DNA of 64,000 nt from Eimeria praecox (GCA_963920595.1 OY986946.1:4774001-4838000), one strand, 5' to 3'; numbered from the stretch's first letter, positions 41,501 to 54,979 are shown. Notes: generated by a model not told the origin, from the sequence alone. Translations and numbers: made by a program.

Positions 41501-42740
41501 CAAGCTATCAAGCGTTAAGCTTGAAGACTGAAGCAGAAAAGAGTTTGATCTGAACAGAAGCCGGTCGTCGAGTAGCCAACTCTAAGCGGCAGCAATACTT
41601 TAGTTTTCTTGTTCTTTCCACGGACAACCAGAGCAGCATCCCAGAGCCACGCTGTGCGGCAGCGTCGCTGAACTATTCGACGGCCGAGGTAAACGAATTC
41701 TTTGGTGCAAACGGGTGCAATACACGCTGAAATATGTTGCCATATTCACAGCCACGCCTGGGTTGCTCCCTGAGGCGATGATGAATGCTTCGGCACGATT
41801 CCGCACAGCCTTAACGATATCAAGCCAAACAGCTATCAGTGGAGTGTGCTCTCGGACACTGCCTAGTGCAGGTTTATGCCGCAGACCGCCTGCGAGAGCC
41901 AACAAGCAGCCACTTTATCCCTGGACAGCAGCGCGAAGATGAAGCCTACAACTGCCACGCTATCTTCTTCTCCACGCAAAGCAATGCATAAGTACTTCGG
42001 TGGCGTATCTACGATAAGAAACATAAGCATGCCCGCTGGAGCGTTTACAGTTTCGCCTGGATCACGTGTATTGTTGCATGCATTGGTCTGTCACGCACTC
42101 GCTGCACAGAATGCCATGTTACAGGCTAATGAACCATGGAACGAGCCGACGTCTCCTGCGCTTCGCAGAACGTTCGGGTTCACGCGTCGCTAGTAGCTCG
42201 ACGACGTATTTGCTGTCTCGCCCACACACAGCAGGCAAAAGCATATATTAGGCTTTTGTGGCCTGTCAGCGTTGCCATCCGCTGGCCTTTTCATGTACTC
42301 CTATCCAGGACCCAGCATAATCACCTCCGTCACCTGCTCCCACTACGATCTTATTATTTCGCGGTATTGAGTTGCTCGCGTCACATTAGGGCACCGTGAT
42401 CTTTTGAGAGAATAGATGGCAATCGCAGGACTCTCTGTCTGCTCACCCCAGCACAAGCGCTGGACTGTGAGCTGCGTGTTTTAACAACTCGGCATAATCG
42501 GCTTTATAAACTGCTCCGGCTACCCAGTAGTGACGCACACTCTATATACCCCTCGAGTATCGGCAGCGCCTCGCATATCCTTAATTGTTGTGTGAGCTCA
42601 TTATGCAGCAGGTCATCTTCGGGCAGCATGAAAAGACAGTATTTACGCTAGCCAGCTAGCTGGCTGAGCGTGATCTAGCATCCCTCGGTGCCTCCCCCCC
42701 ACCTCAAGAACGGTTCTTCATCCCTTACACCTGTGGCTTT
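38590..42740 (+). mobile_element. Fossil Ty3/gypsy (chromovirus-type) LTR-retrotransposon pol: RT - RNase H - integrase - chromodomain, non-functional
   Basis: Degenerate motifs in canonical order. RT: HIRAQVNAHFLRYPD (~38,950), LVDK..NY* (39,196-39,243), GV-x10-SP..V.R..L...FFP (39,551-39,658). RNase H: DH....H...RPFRQRLAR (from 40,341). Integrase Zn region: YYW (41,162). Integrase core: G..RF...L..RAN..PLE (41,760-42,050). GPF module: RWPF (42,280). Chromodomain: QYL..PPPHLKN (42,637-42,711). Many stops and frameshifts; catalytic residues lost. Assigned by eye from recalled consensus. Confidence 0.75.
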
Positions 42741-45700
42741 GAGACGTGAAAATATCGTCTGCACTAGAAAACTGTAAAGTGGTTTCTCAACGAACATGCC
42801 AGCACCACAACACCCCCAGCTAGTCAAAGCAGCACAAATCTGCCAATGCTCCGGACAGCCTTCTTGCTTGTCGTCAACTGCCACAAATCATATTCGGGCA
42901 CAAGTGAATGCGCACTTCCTGAGGTATCCAGACCGGCAGTCGTGCGCCACAAATCAAGGTGGAGGCACCGCCTGCAGGAAACTACCTAGTGTTTCGTGAG
43001 ATTGCCTTTCAGCAGTTGGCGCAACGTAGGCAACGATGCTTGAACAAGCCTGCTGACAGCCGGACCTGCGGTCTGCAAACCAAATTCACAACCAAGACAT
43101 GATGTCCAATTCTGCAGCTACAAACTGTGTGTATTTAGTTGACAAACTGCGAAGGCGAATTGTAGCCTTTTCAAATTATTAACGCGGAGCAGCCTCCCAA
43201 AACACCAGCATTATGAAGCGGTGTTGTAGTTAGGAAGCCCTTAATATCGAGGCTGACAGCAAGCAGGATCAAAGGAAGGAAACGCCCCACACAGGCACTG
43301 TGACAGCTGCGCGAGGCGTACGTTAGGCCGCAAGCTCTTTCAGCAGCTGTGCGGACGCACTGCCTGCATTTTGGTCGATGCCACAATCGCTCGCAGCCTC
43401 TGGGGAAGTGGCGAAGCATCATATACGCCTTCCACATTAACACTTAATTTGTGCCTTCACATTCACAGACAATGAACGGAAGTCAACATGGAGTAGCAAT
43501 GCATACACAGAAATCCAAAAACGCTTCACCTATAGCTCTTTCTCGTTGGATGCTGCCTTGAGTAACAAGGGAAGCTCTTTGAAATTCCTTCTTTCCGGGC
43601 CACGCGGTTTCATCAGCTGCGTCCATTCCGCCGGCCGCACGCAAAGTTTGTGGGCCACACAAATGCGTTGAAAGCACCGCTTAGGCGATTCATCCAAAGC
43701 GTCTCACCAACTGAACCCCCAGTACACGAGTTTAGGTCGGAACCTCCTCAGCTTCCCTTTCACCTACACTTCGCCCCTTTCCCCTTCCCGCATCCCGACG
43801 GTTGCACACCAGCATTCCCTTCCATACACACCAGGCGTAAGAAGCTCTGCAACGCCTGATGCAAGTGTGATGCGTGGCCCACTGCTACGCACTAGTGAAC
43901 GCCTAGGCCAGCTGAAAGCCAGCAGTGGCCCCTATGTATCCTATATAGGCTAAAGCTGCGACGCCGCTCCTGGATGGTGCGCTTGACGCTACAGGATGGA
44001 ATTACATTGCTAGACTGCGCGCAACCACCAACGACTGAACCCGCACAAACCTCTGACCCCAGCATCCTTCTAGGCTGGCTTGCAAGAAGTATGGACAGCG
44101 CTAGACTAGCTCCCGCTGCCATGCTCATTCATCCCGTTCCACAAGTGTAGCGTACGAGCTGTTCGGAATGCCATGCCGCTAAACGCCCTCAAATCAAGAT
44201 GCAGTACACTACCAAGTACTTCTGCGGAGTCCACAGTAGTGCGAATCAGCAGTCTTACACGCAACCGATAATTGTGCAGGACCACTGTTCAGTGCTCCAC
44301 TGTCTTAACCTCAACCGACAACACTACAGGCCTTTTCGTCAGCGTCTAGCAAGGCTGAGCACGAAGAGGGGCACGTGGGAAACATTCTCAACCACACAGG
44401 ACGCCACGCAGGCGGACAGGCCCGCCTGCAACAAGCCACACAACCGCGCATAGACTCCTGCTGTCTGTCCACAGGCACAGGCTCTCGTACGCCAAGTGAA
44501 CATAACAGCTGCGTCAATGAGCAATGGCGATCGCTGTAGTATATTTTGAGACATTATGCGTAGGGAAAGAACAACAAAGCCTGCAATCAGGCCTGGCGGC
44601 ACATGGAAAGTAGAGCAAAGTGCCTTGTAAATCCATTTAAGCCTGATCCTGGAGAGTAGAGGGCAGAGCGCAACGAGATGGATGGGGCGATGCTTTGCCA
44701 CTCTTAGTGCGACGTGGACGCTCCATTTACTCACGAACGCGGGATTGTATCCGTGGCGCTGGCCAGAACTATAAAGCAAACCGCTCATCCTGGAGCGTCA
44801 CCAGCGCACCATCGCTGTTTGTCACAGCTTCTGCTAGGCCGTTTCACGATCGCCAGGTGCCAGTCAGTCGAGCAAAAGGTAGCTGGCACAGTCACTCCAT
44901 GTGCATACAATTAATGCAGCAGCAGCCGTACTGCCTGGTTGGTATGCATGCAAGAAAAATGGCTCAGCATTTCCACTGAAGACGCTGTCAATGCGCCTTT
45001 CGCCCTTGTGGACTGCACTGCACTGCTACTACAGTTCATCTGGGGCGAAATGTGTGAAATGCAAATGGACTGCAGCCAGCAGAAAACGCTTAAACGGGAA
45101 TATTATTGGTTGAAGGCCAATGTCGTGCGCTGCTGCCGAGTGCAACCGGACGTAGCAGGTACTAGTAGCCGCTTGCATCGGCACATAACGCAATTACACC
45201 AAAGAATAAGGCTGCTACTTTTGCTACCGCAGGGTTGATGCCAAGCCTCATGCACATACGCGATACATTCGAAGTTCTCCCGAGGCAGAAATAGGCACAA
45301 ATAGCCTAAGAAATCCATTTTTGGCTGCTATGCGTCGTTACCATAGGTGTGTGAAGATGCCAAAGCTGGAACCGCCGCTACAGTCTTACCGATGCTGCCC
45401 AGTAATGATAGCGATAGTGATGTGTAGAGGTGGCAATAGCAAGCTATCAAGCGTTAAGCTTGAAGACTGAAGCAGAAAAGAGTTTGATCTGAACAGAAGC
45501 CGGTCGTCGAGTAGCCAACTCTAAGCGGCAGCAAGACTTTAGTTTTCTTGTTCTTTCCACGGACAACCAGAGCAGCATCCCAGAGCCACGCTGTGCGGCA
45601 GCGTCGCTGAACTATTCGACGGCCGAGGTAAACGAATTCTTTGGTGCAAACGGGTGCAATACACGCTGAAATATGTTGCCATATTCACAGCCACGCCTGG

Positions 45701-46679
45701 GTTGCTCCCTGAGGCGATGATGAATGCTTCGGCACGATTCCGCACAGCCTTAACGATATCAAGCCAAACAGCTATCAGTGGAGTGTGCTCTCGGACACTG
45801 CCTAGTGCAGGTTTATGCCGCAGACCGCCTGCGAGAGCCAACAAGCAGCCACTTTATCCCTGGACAGCAGCGCGAAGATGAAGCCTACAACTGCCACGCT
45901 ATCTTCTTCTCCACGCAAAGCAATGCATAAGTACTTCGGTGGCGTATCTACGATAAGAAACATAAGCATGCCCGCTGGAGCGTTTACAGTTTCGCCTGGA
46001 TCACGTGTATTGTTGCATGCATTGGTCTGTCACGCACTCGCTGCACAGAATGCCATGTTACAGGCTAATGAACCATGGAACGAGCCGACGTCTCCTGCGC
46101 TTCGCAGAACGTTCGGGTTCACGCGTCGCTAGTAGCTCGACGACGTATTTGCTGTCTCGCCCACACACAACAGGCAAAAGCATATATTAGGCTTTTGTGG
46201 CCTGTCAGCGTTGCCATCCGCTGGCCTTTTCATGTACTCCTATCCAGGACCCAGCATAATCACCTCCGTCACCTGCTCCCACTACGATCTTATTATTTCG
46301 CGGTATTGAGTTGCTCGCGTCACATTAGGGCACCGTGATCTTTTGAGAGAATAGATGGCAATCGCAGGACTCTCTATCTGCTCACCCCAGCACAAGCGCT
46401 GGACTGTGAGCTGCGTGTTTTAACAACTCGGCATAATCGGCTTTATAAACTGCTCCGGCTACCCAGGAGTGACGCACACGCTATATACCCCTCGAGTATC
46501 GGCAGCGCCTCGTATATCCTTAATTGTTGTGTGAGCTCATTATGCAGCAGGTCATCTTCGGGCAGCACGAAAAGACAATATTTACGCTAGCCAGCTAGCT
46601 GGCTGAGCGTGATCTAGCATCCCTCGGTGCCTCTCCCCCACTTAAAGAACGGTTGTTCATCGCTTGCATCTATGGCTTT
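38802..46679 (+). repeat. Tandem duplication, 2 x 3,939 bp (38,802-42,740 and 42,741-46,679)
   Basis: gagacgtgaaa starts at 38,802 and 42,741. All ORFs repeat with offset 3,939 (e.g. 39,232/43,171; 42,136/46,075). Confidence 0.98.
42741..46679 (+). mobile_element. Second (duplicated) copy of the fossil chromovirus pol RT-RH-INT-chromo segment
   Basis: Near-identical to 38,802-42,740. Confidence 0.75.
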
Positions 46680-47877
46680 GATGATCATGACGCACCTCGC
46701 AACACTACATTTATGCAGCCTAGCAAATCGTTCATATATCGCAACACTATAAGCAATGCCCTTAAGGCTGTCGTTTTTGTGCGTGTTTACGTTGGACCTC
46801 ATCACAGTACAGTCAAACGTTACCCAACACCTATCTAACGTACCGTCTGGCAGCAAGGCCACATACAGGCCGTGGTTGCTGTAACCTCAAGCCAAGCAAG
46901 TGAGCAATTGCTTGGACCTCAAACAACCGTTAAGCCAGCACTGAAGGCTGAACTTAGCACGCTTTGAAAGGATAGCAAATCTGAAAGGCAACGGAGACAT
47001 TGGCGTGAGTCTCAACCTACTTTCTTTGGGTAGTTTAACACCACCTTTTCAGGCCAGCAAGGCATTAATACACTGTCACCGAGACGTCTACTGAATGCTC
47101 TTCTCAGCAATAGCCGGCGAATGCTATCCCAATGAAATTACTAAATGGAGCAAGGCCAAGTCGGTGGAAATCAGCAAGACCCTGAAAACTGGGAAACGCA
47201 CAAGCAGCTCATGCCCATAACATTTTAACAGCGCGCTTCCAGATAATCTGTGCGCTGACTGACTGCCGCCGTCATACAGTCATCATCACCTGATCTCGAC
47301 GCGTGACCCCATTGAGGGACTGCAGTATTTGTCAAGATTTCGAAAACAGGCCTTAGGTACGGCGCACGCCGCACACTTGGGATGTCGATACTACCCGCTA
47401 CTACGACAACGTCCGTGATCGAAACTTGTGCTCAGGGGCTGGTCGGTGAGACAAATAGTTCCTTCTCCCCTGCTGAAGGCACGAACGGTATCCCCCCTGC
47501 CTTCACTTGCCAGTGACGCGCTTACTAGGAGATGCAGTCAGTTGCATCTCAGCTGAAATTCCCGCACGAACGCCACCGACGAGGACCATGATCATCTGAC
47601 GGTGCCTCTTCAAGCGATTCAGAGGGAAAACCCAAGCTAGAAAACATAAGACTCCGATGTCCCAACGTTCGACTGACATCCGTATATGATCTTGTCTCCT
47701 GGAAAAGAAGCGAACTACCAACTATGTATTTGCGTTTAGTGGTTCCTAAGGTCGTTGTGCCGTGTTCGTTAGGGAAGAGCCCCAGTCTTTACGCGCTGCA
47801 CCTGCGAAGCAAGTGATTCCTAAACTTGTTTTCATTTATTTTTTAATGCATCTAATCCTGTGGCCATCTGACCCGTC

Positions 47878-49950
47878 TTGCCAGCACTTCTGTGCACTCA
47901 GTCCCACAGCAACGCACTAACTACAGAACCAGTACAAGAACCGATTCTGGGTGTTACGATGCCGCAACTCGCCAAGTTTTCGACAGGGCGAAAAACAGTG
48001 TTTTTACGCATGCAGAACCTTGCACTGAACCCCGACCATTGCAGGCGGTGCAGCGCCAAACGAGTCGTTGGCCATTACCTCACTCGTGAAGACTCAGGCA
48101 AGCCCCCATGCAGCAGTGGACGCTAGGTATCTCATCTTTGCCGCTTGCGCAAACGCTTTATACAACGGCCAAATTGCCATCCCAAAGCCGGATTCTTACC
48201 AGACTACGCAGGGCGAGGATTACTGTAGCCATATTCAGGTTCGTTCAGCGGTCTACGAGTCTTTATGACAAAACTTTAAGCGTACATGTATACGCTAGGA
48301 TAATCGGCAGCATAGCTGTACTTCAGCTCCCCACCTTAAGCCAAAGATGCCATCTACTCTAACTCACAAACTGTCCCCGAAGCATACCATTTTTTCTGGA
48401 GCAGCCAATGGGGGCGGTATACTATATTCGTTTTTCATTTGTAGAAATAACCAACCGGTACCCAAGGCTCTCTGGCTAGAAGCTGCTACTACATCCTACC
48501 GAAGGCGCGAAGATATCGCACCACAGTACTGGCAACACACCAGCGGCTAGGCGTAACAAGAAGGCAGGGCAAGTGGATGGAAAGGCACGGGGCCATTTTG
48601 TGCCAAGCAAGAGGAGCGCCGCATCGCTGTGGGATGAATAATGCCATTATCTCTTGAGTCTTTCAGCACCCGAGCCGCCACACCGCAATATTTTGCAGAA
48701 GTAACGGCTTGGTTACAAGTGCAATGCTCCGCAGTGGGTGCTCTCGCTCGTGTGATTCCGTTTCAAAAAAGGGGCTTGGTTTATGCGGCACTGGCGTGAA
48801 TCTTCACAGTAGGTGCGCGGCCCCATTTACCGGTGCGCACGGTTTGGCAGGGTTGGCAATGCTAAAAAGGGTGGAGGCAAGCAATCTCAGCCTGAAACAT
48901 TCTAGTGGTACCTTGCTAAAATTGTTCATCCAGCCAGCGCGTTGCAGCGTCTACGCAGTAAGCAGCCACTAGTCGCAGTCCATCGCCTTTCTGTCCGCAC
49001 TAGGCACTGCAACATCTGTACGATGGCTTGAACATGCGTGCAATCCATTTGCCCACACGGCCGTAAAGATGGCAAACCAATCAGCAGCGCAAACGCGCTC
49101 ATTCATAATCTGTCGCCTTCCTTGCGAATAGTCGAGGGGCAGCACCGTAACAAAGATCTGGCGCTCCCCGATAGCATTCTCACGAAAAATGAATGAATGA
49201 ACAAACGAACACCATAATAACGAAAGTGCCTTCCCTTTGTTGAACGTACACTAAAACGCTGTTGTAAGCACGCCGTCTTGCAACTTAAAGGCACCCAGAT
49301 TTCACGCCAAAAAAGGACCGAAAACATATAACAGGATCTGGTGAGAGAGAAGCGGACACAATAAGTCGTGGAAACCAATTTAAGTGCCGCCTTGCTATTG
49401 CAACGTCCCAAGACGGCCGTCCACGCTGCAGCCAACCGCCGAGTTTATGTGTCTAACCAAATGCTTCCAGCGACGTTCTTGGCCAACAGAGCACTTTTAA
49501 ACGTTACCGCGGTGGTGAATACGGACGCATTCCACGATGAAATATATTGCCGCGTTCGCAGTCGATCCGTGAGGCCAGGCTGAATGCTTCGTCAGCAAGA
49601 TGCCGCACAAACTTAATCATGCCAAGCCAAACAACTACCAGTAGAGCGGGCTCTCTGCAACTGTCAAGTGCAGATGCATGGCACAGACAGCCTATGCGGC
49701 CCAGCAAGCATCCACTTAATCCTTAGAAAACAACACGAAGTTGCAACGGGCCACTGCTACGTCAGCTTCCTCTCCGTGCAGTCCAACGCACAAGCACTTT
49801 CGTGGAGCGTCCAAAGTAGGAAGGAAGGGTCTTTATGCTTGCACATTGAAACGTCTGCAGTTTGGCACGGGTCGCGTTTCTTGTTGCATGCCGGGCCCGT
49901 CACGCACTTGCTGCACAGAATGCCACAGTGCGGTCTAAAAAACTGTCCAG
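47878..49950 (+). mobile_element. Older fossil gypsy pol fragment (RT C-terminus/connection, RNase H start, integrase core)
   Basis: QEPILGVTM resembles the RT 'YLGY.I' motif (ORF 47,878). ITSLVKTQA..IAIP..SAVYE resembles connection 'L..L.KK..' / 'L..PD' / RNase H 'GAVL' (ORF 48,068). 49,575-49,925 is visibly homologous at DNA level to 41,775-42,120. Confidence 0.55.
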
Positions 49951-49999
49951 TAAGCAGCCACTTTAGTACAGCCCATTGTGCCAAGGAGCACCACATTCT

Positions 50000-52800
50000 T
50001 TTCCAGTTGATCGGGTGCTTTCCGATGCCCAGAGCACCTAGCCACCTAGTCAGACTCCAGGGCCTCGTTAGCACCTTAGGGCTGCTTTCACTACCCAAGG
50101 ATACATATACAAAGTTGCAAACCGTTGTCTGCCGCCGCTTTGCGCCGGGCACCCAGCGACGCATCGTTTGCCGTAAAGGACGCCAGTTTAGGTTCGGATG
50201 CACTCTCCTCTTGGGCGGTTCTCGGCCAGACTTACACTCGAGTGTCTGATGCTTCTCAAGCGGCAGGCGCACAAGTGGACTTGCGTTCCCTCCTCTCCTT
50301 CAACCACATGAGCAGTGCAAACTACTCCTTTAGTTTGAAAGGGACGTGAAAGTATCGTCTGCACTAGAAAACTGTAAAGTGGTTTCTCAACGAACATGCC
50401 AGCACCACAACACCCCCAGCTAGTCAAAACAGCACAAATGTGTCTCTGCGCCAATGGTCCGGACAGCCTTCCTGCTTGTCGTCAACTGCCACAAATCATA
50501 TTCGGGCACAAGTGAATGCGCACTTCCTGAGGTATCCAGGCCAGCAGTCGTGCGCCAAAAATAAAGGTGGAGGCATCGCCTGCAAGAAACTACCTAGTGT
50601 TTCGTGAGATTGCCTTTCAGCAGTTGGCGCAACGTAGGCAACGATGCTTGAACAAGCCTGCTGACAGCCGGACCTGCGGTCTGCAAACCAAATTCACAAC
50701 CAAGACATGATGTCTAATTTTGCGTCTCAGCTACAAACTGTGTGTATTTAGTTGACAAACTGCGAAGGCGAATTGTAGCCTTTTCAAATTATTAACGCGG
50801 AGCAGCCTCCCAAAACACCAGCATTATGAAGCGGTGTTGTAGTTAGGAAGCCCTTAATATCGAGGCTGACAGCAAGCAGGATCAAAGGAAGGAAACGCCC
50901 CACACAGGCACTGTGACAGCTGCGCGAGGCGTACGTTAGGCCGCAAGCTCTTTCAGCAGCTGTGCGGACGCACTGCCTGCATTTTGGTCGATGCCACAAT
51001 CGCTCGCAGCCTCTGGGGAAGTGGCGAAGCATCATATACGCCTTCCACATTAACACTTAATTTGTGCCTTCACATTCACAGACAATGAACGGAAGTCAAC
51101 ATGGAGTAGCAATGCATACACAGAAATCCAAAAACGCTTCACCTATAGCTCTTTCTCGTTGGATGCTGCCTTGAGTAACAAGGGAAGCTCTTTGAAATTC
51201 CTTCTTTCCGGGCCACGCGGTTTCATCAGCTGCGTCCATTCCGCCGGCCGCACGCAAAGTTTGTGGGCCACACAAATGCGTTGAAAGCACCGCTTAGGCG
51301 ATTCATCCAAAGCGTCTCACCAACTGAACCCCCAGTACACGAGTTTAGGTCGGAACCTCCTCAGCTTCCCTTTCACCTACACTTCGCCCCTTTCCCCTTC
51401 CCGCATCCCGACGGTTGCACACCAGCATTCCCTTCCATACACACCAGGCGTAAGAAGCTCTGCAACGCCTGATGCAAGTGTGATGCGTGGCCCACTGCTA
51501 CGCACTAGTGAACGCCTAGGCCAGCTGAAAGCCAGCAGTGGCCCCTATGTATCCTATATAGGCTAAAGCTGCGACGCCGCTCCTGGATGGTGCGCTTGAC
51601 GCTACAGGATGGAATTACATTGCTAGACTGCGCGCAACCACCAACGACTGAACCCGCACAAACCTCTGACCCCAGCATCCTTCTAGGCTGGCTTGCAAGA
51701 AGTATGGACAGCGCTAGACTAGCTCCCGCTGCCATGCTCATTCATCCCGTTCCACAAGTGTAGCGTACGAGCTGTTCGGAATGCCATGCCGCTAAACGCC
51801 CTCAAATCAAGATGCAGTACACTACCAAGTACTTCTGCGGAGTCCACAGTAGTGCGAATCAGCAGTCTTACACCCAACCGATAATTGTGCAGGACCACTG
51901 TTCAGTGCTCCACTGTCTTAACCTCAACCGACAACACTACAGGCCTTTTCGTCAGCGTCTAGCAAGGCTGAGCACGAAGAGGGGTGCCTGGGAAATATTC
52001 TCAACCACACAGGACGCCACGCAGGCAGACAGGCCCGCCTGCAACAAGCCACACAACCGCGCATAGACTCCGGCTGTCTGTTCACAGGCACAGGCTCTCG
52101 TACGCCAAGTGAACATAACAGCTGCGTCAATGAGCAATGGCGATCGCTGTAGTATATTTTGAGACATTATGCGTAGGGAAAAGAACAACAAAGCCTGCAG
52201 TCAGGCCTGGCGGCACATGGAAAGTACGAAGGGACTCCTTGCAAATTGAGGTAGACTGGGTCTTCGATTAGAGGATGCGATGTGCCGCACTGCAGATGGC
52301 GCAGGGCTCTGTCACTCTAATGGAAGCATGAGGACCCCACTTAAGAGCATGTCCGGCCTGATACGGCTTGCTGTTGCCGTAAAAGATACAGGTAAGGGGG
52401 CTCCATCTGCGCTTCATGACTGATTACCACCACATCGTCATAAGCTGTGGTTTCTGCAGCTAGGATACGCTGTTGCCATTAGCTAACCTAATTAATGGTG
52501 ACGCCAGGCAGTTTTTAATCCCCAGGCACGCGGCGCGTGCGACCTGGCACCTCTACGCTTCACAGCAAGAAGAAGCTTACAATCTTGGGCAATCCAGTCA
52601 TACAATATTATCCGCCTTTGTGCGTGCATCCAGTTAAGCCGAACTCGCCTCCAAAAGCGTTCATTATTCTGCTGAGAGCAACGGGCGAGACAACAGATTA
52701 GTGAAGTGCCGAAAAGAAAACCAACTAGTCACCCCGTCAGGCGCGAATGTAAGCAACGAAACAGCGCTATCAAGCGCTTCCGCAGTAGCAGGGTGCGCGC
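50000..52800 (+). mobile_element. Third copy of the fossil pol (protease end - RT - RNase H - start of integrase)
   Basis: 50,132-52,225 aligns with 38,590-40,675 (ORF offset 11,552), with residual colinear similarity to ~52,790. Upstream PSHLV..KLQTVVCRRF resembles the end of the protease region. Confidence 0.75.
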
Positions 52801-52939
52801 AATAGTAGATACGCTCCCACGATATCCACCAAAAAGAACAAAGCGTACAGCTAAATGGCTGGATTCGCATTGACCAGCACTAACTACAACGCAGTTCTGA
52901 GCCCGTTGCATGAACACATCTAAGCTTCACACCTAAGAA

Positions 52940-54663
52940 TCATAAAGACGTTTTGAGAATCCACAGGGAAGCAGGCACAAGCACATTCAGGCGTATTCGG
53001 GACTCAGCATTATTGCCACACATATACGCTAATGCCAGGTGTGCCAGCCAACGCACCCAAGCTGCAGCCAGCCATGCACTCTGTGGATTTGACCAAGCGC
53101 TTAGAGTTTCGGGTAGGCTGAATAAGCGACTTTCACATGCCAGCGCTTCAGTGTATATGTGTCGGAATGCCAGCATCCATGTACCGTCCGGTTAACACCC
53201 ACGCCTGTGTCTCTGCCTGAGGCAAGGCTGAGTGTGCTTTTAACCGCTTCGCACATTCTGAATTGCTCGAAAGTCGAACGACCTGAACGGCTTCATCCTT
53301 CCTGGCACGTCTACCATGTACATTGGAAGCTTTTAGGCTCAGAGGCAGTGAAGCGTTGCGTGCCATGGAATTGGTGGGATACACTTGGCGCTTTGCCGAG
53401 TGTTGGCGAATGGAAGTGCTGGCGGAACGACAGGCTGCCAAGCCCCGATAAATGACCGCCCACTGGTCCACCAGTGCGGCACAACGAAAAGCTTACCTTC
53501 CTGACGCTCTGCCCTGAACGATTCGAGACAGCGCGTCATTGATTGGCACTGAACCGTTCAGGAAAGCAAGCGAACTCACGAGAAAATGATTGGTATTGTA
53601 GAGGCTGGTTTCCTGCGGCAAGTTGGGATCAAACCAAGGCTGCCCTAGCCGATGAAAAGTATCTACTGCAATCGTCAAGTGCACATCAGCGGCGCACACA
53701 TCGTCCGAACCAGCCTCTACTTCAGTGTTTGGATGAAGCATAAAGCTATTTACTTTCACCGTCACACGAGCATGTTCCTCACGGTATACAGGGTACCGGC
53801 AATTTTACGTGGTGCACGGGCAGAGGAAGGCCAGTGTGTTTAACGAAGCATGCAAAGGCTGGCCTGGGCCTGACGCATTACTGCAAGCATTGTCCTGTGA
53901 CTCACTCTCTATACAGGGGGGCAATCACTCAAAATGGCGAAAAAGCGCTAGTTAATGGGGGATAGAGCTTTATTCGAACCTGGTGAGCGTGCAATTCACT
54001 CATCTTTTGGTTCAGGCAAAACAACCACAGGCCATGCATGGGCACAATCCCATCAGCAGGCTCTTGAGCAGCCTTTATTGAAAGGTATTCATTGCATCAT
54101 CGATTTCCAATACCTTGTGAACCTGGGTTTCGGGGTGAACCTATCCAACCTCAACCATTTGCCACGCTTCCTGAGTTTGGGGAAGCAATCGCATGTGCAA
54201 CCGGTAATCACTTCCCATACACATACATATTGATGTGCTTCTCCCCTCGGCGCTGCTAGGCTCGCTTTTGAGTACGCGCGCATTCGCACGTTCATCTGAA
54301 CAGTCATTCCTGTGCTGTTCATAGTTGCCTCGTCAAGCTCGTAGAACAGTCCATCGCTTTGCAATCACCCGTAAGCCTCCTACGTTAACACCCCTCTGTC
54401 GCATTGTTACGCACGAGCACGGTAAAGCGCGGAGCAAACAGCCTACCTAGCATTCCTGACGGCAACCCCCACAGACGGGTACTCCACAGTCGAGACAAAA
54501 AATGTGAGTTAATCGTGCTTCCAGCGTCTTGTACTTGTCCTTGCTTAGCCAGCATGCCGTGAAAATGCACAACAAAATGTGGAAGGCAAATGAAAGATAT
54601 GTGCAGCTTTAACCGTACTGCACACGCTCCGAGCACTCCAGAAAACGAAAACGGCCCCAACAA
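52940..54663 (-). mobile_element. Inverted fossil gypsy pol (RT - RNase H - integrase N-terminus)
   Basis: Minus-strand order. RT: GLF..TVQMNV..AY....L..EVI..FPKLRK (ORF 54,089-54,364). RNase H end: DALSR at 53,523-53,537. Integrase W.H.S.DF region: RWLAHLALAY (ORF 52,940-53,176). Confidence 0.6.
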
Positions 54664-54934
54664 AGCGGCATCCGGCTCAGTTTGAATGCCAGCTCACTTC
54701 CTTCAGGTTCGGTGATGCTGCGAATGTTACTGACCTTCAATGAAGTGCTACATAGCACTGCTGCATTTGGTTATGCCGCCAACGCATGTATTGCTCTTGC
54801 TTACCAGGCGAGAAGCCGCGGCAGTGTCGCGGCCCCTGAACACTGTTGCTCATAACTATTGCTAAGAGCAATCGGCAGCATCGGCCCATGAGCTTGAAGT
54901 CGAAGGAATGCGGCATCATGCTATCATAGGAGCA

Positions 54935-54935
<1 letters not shown>

Positions 54936-54979
<44 letters not shown>

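Noticed and set aside
42647..42666. Short palindromic gctagccagctagctggct as a regulatory hairpin or element end
   Set aside because: Lies within the chromodomain remnant and has no independent support.
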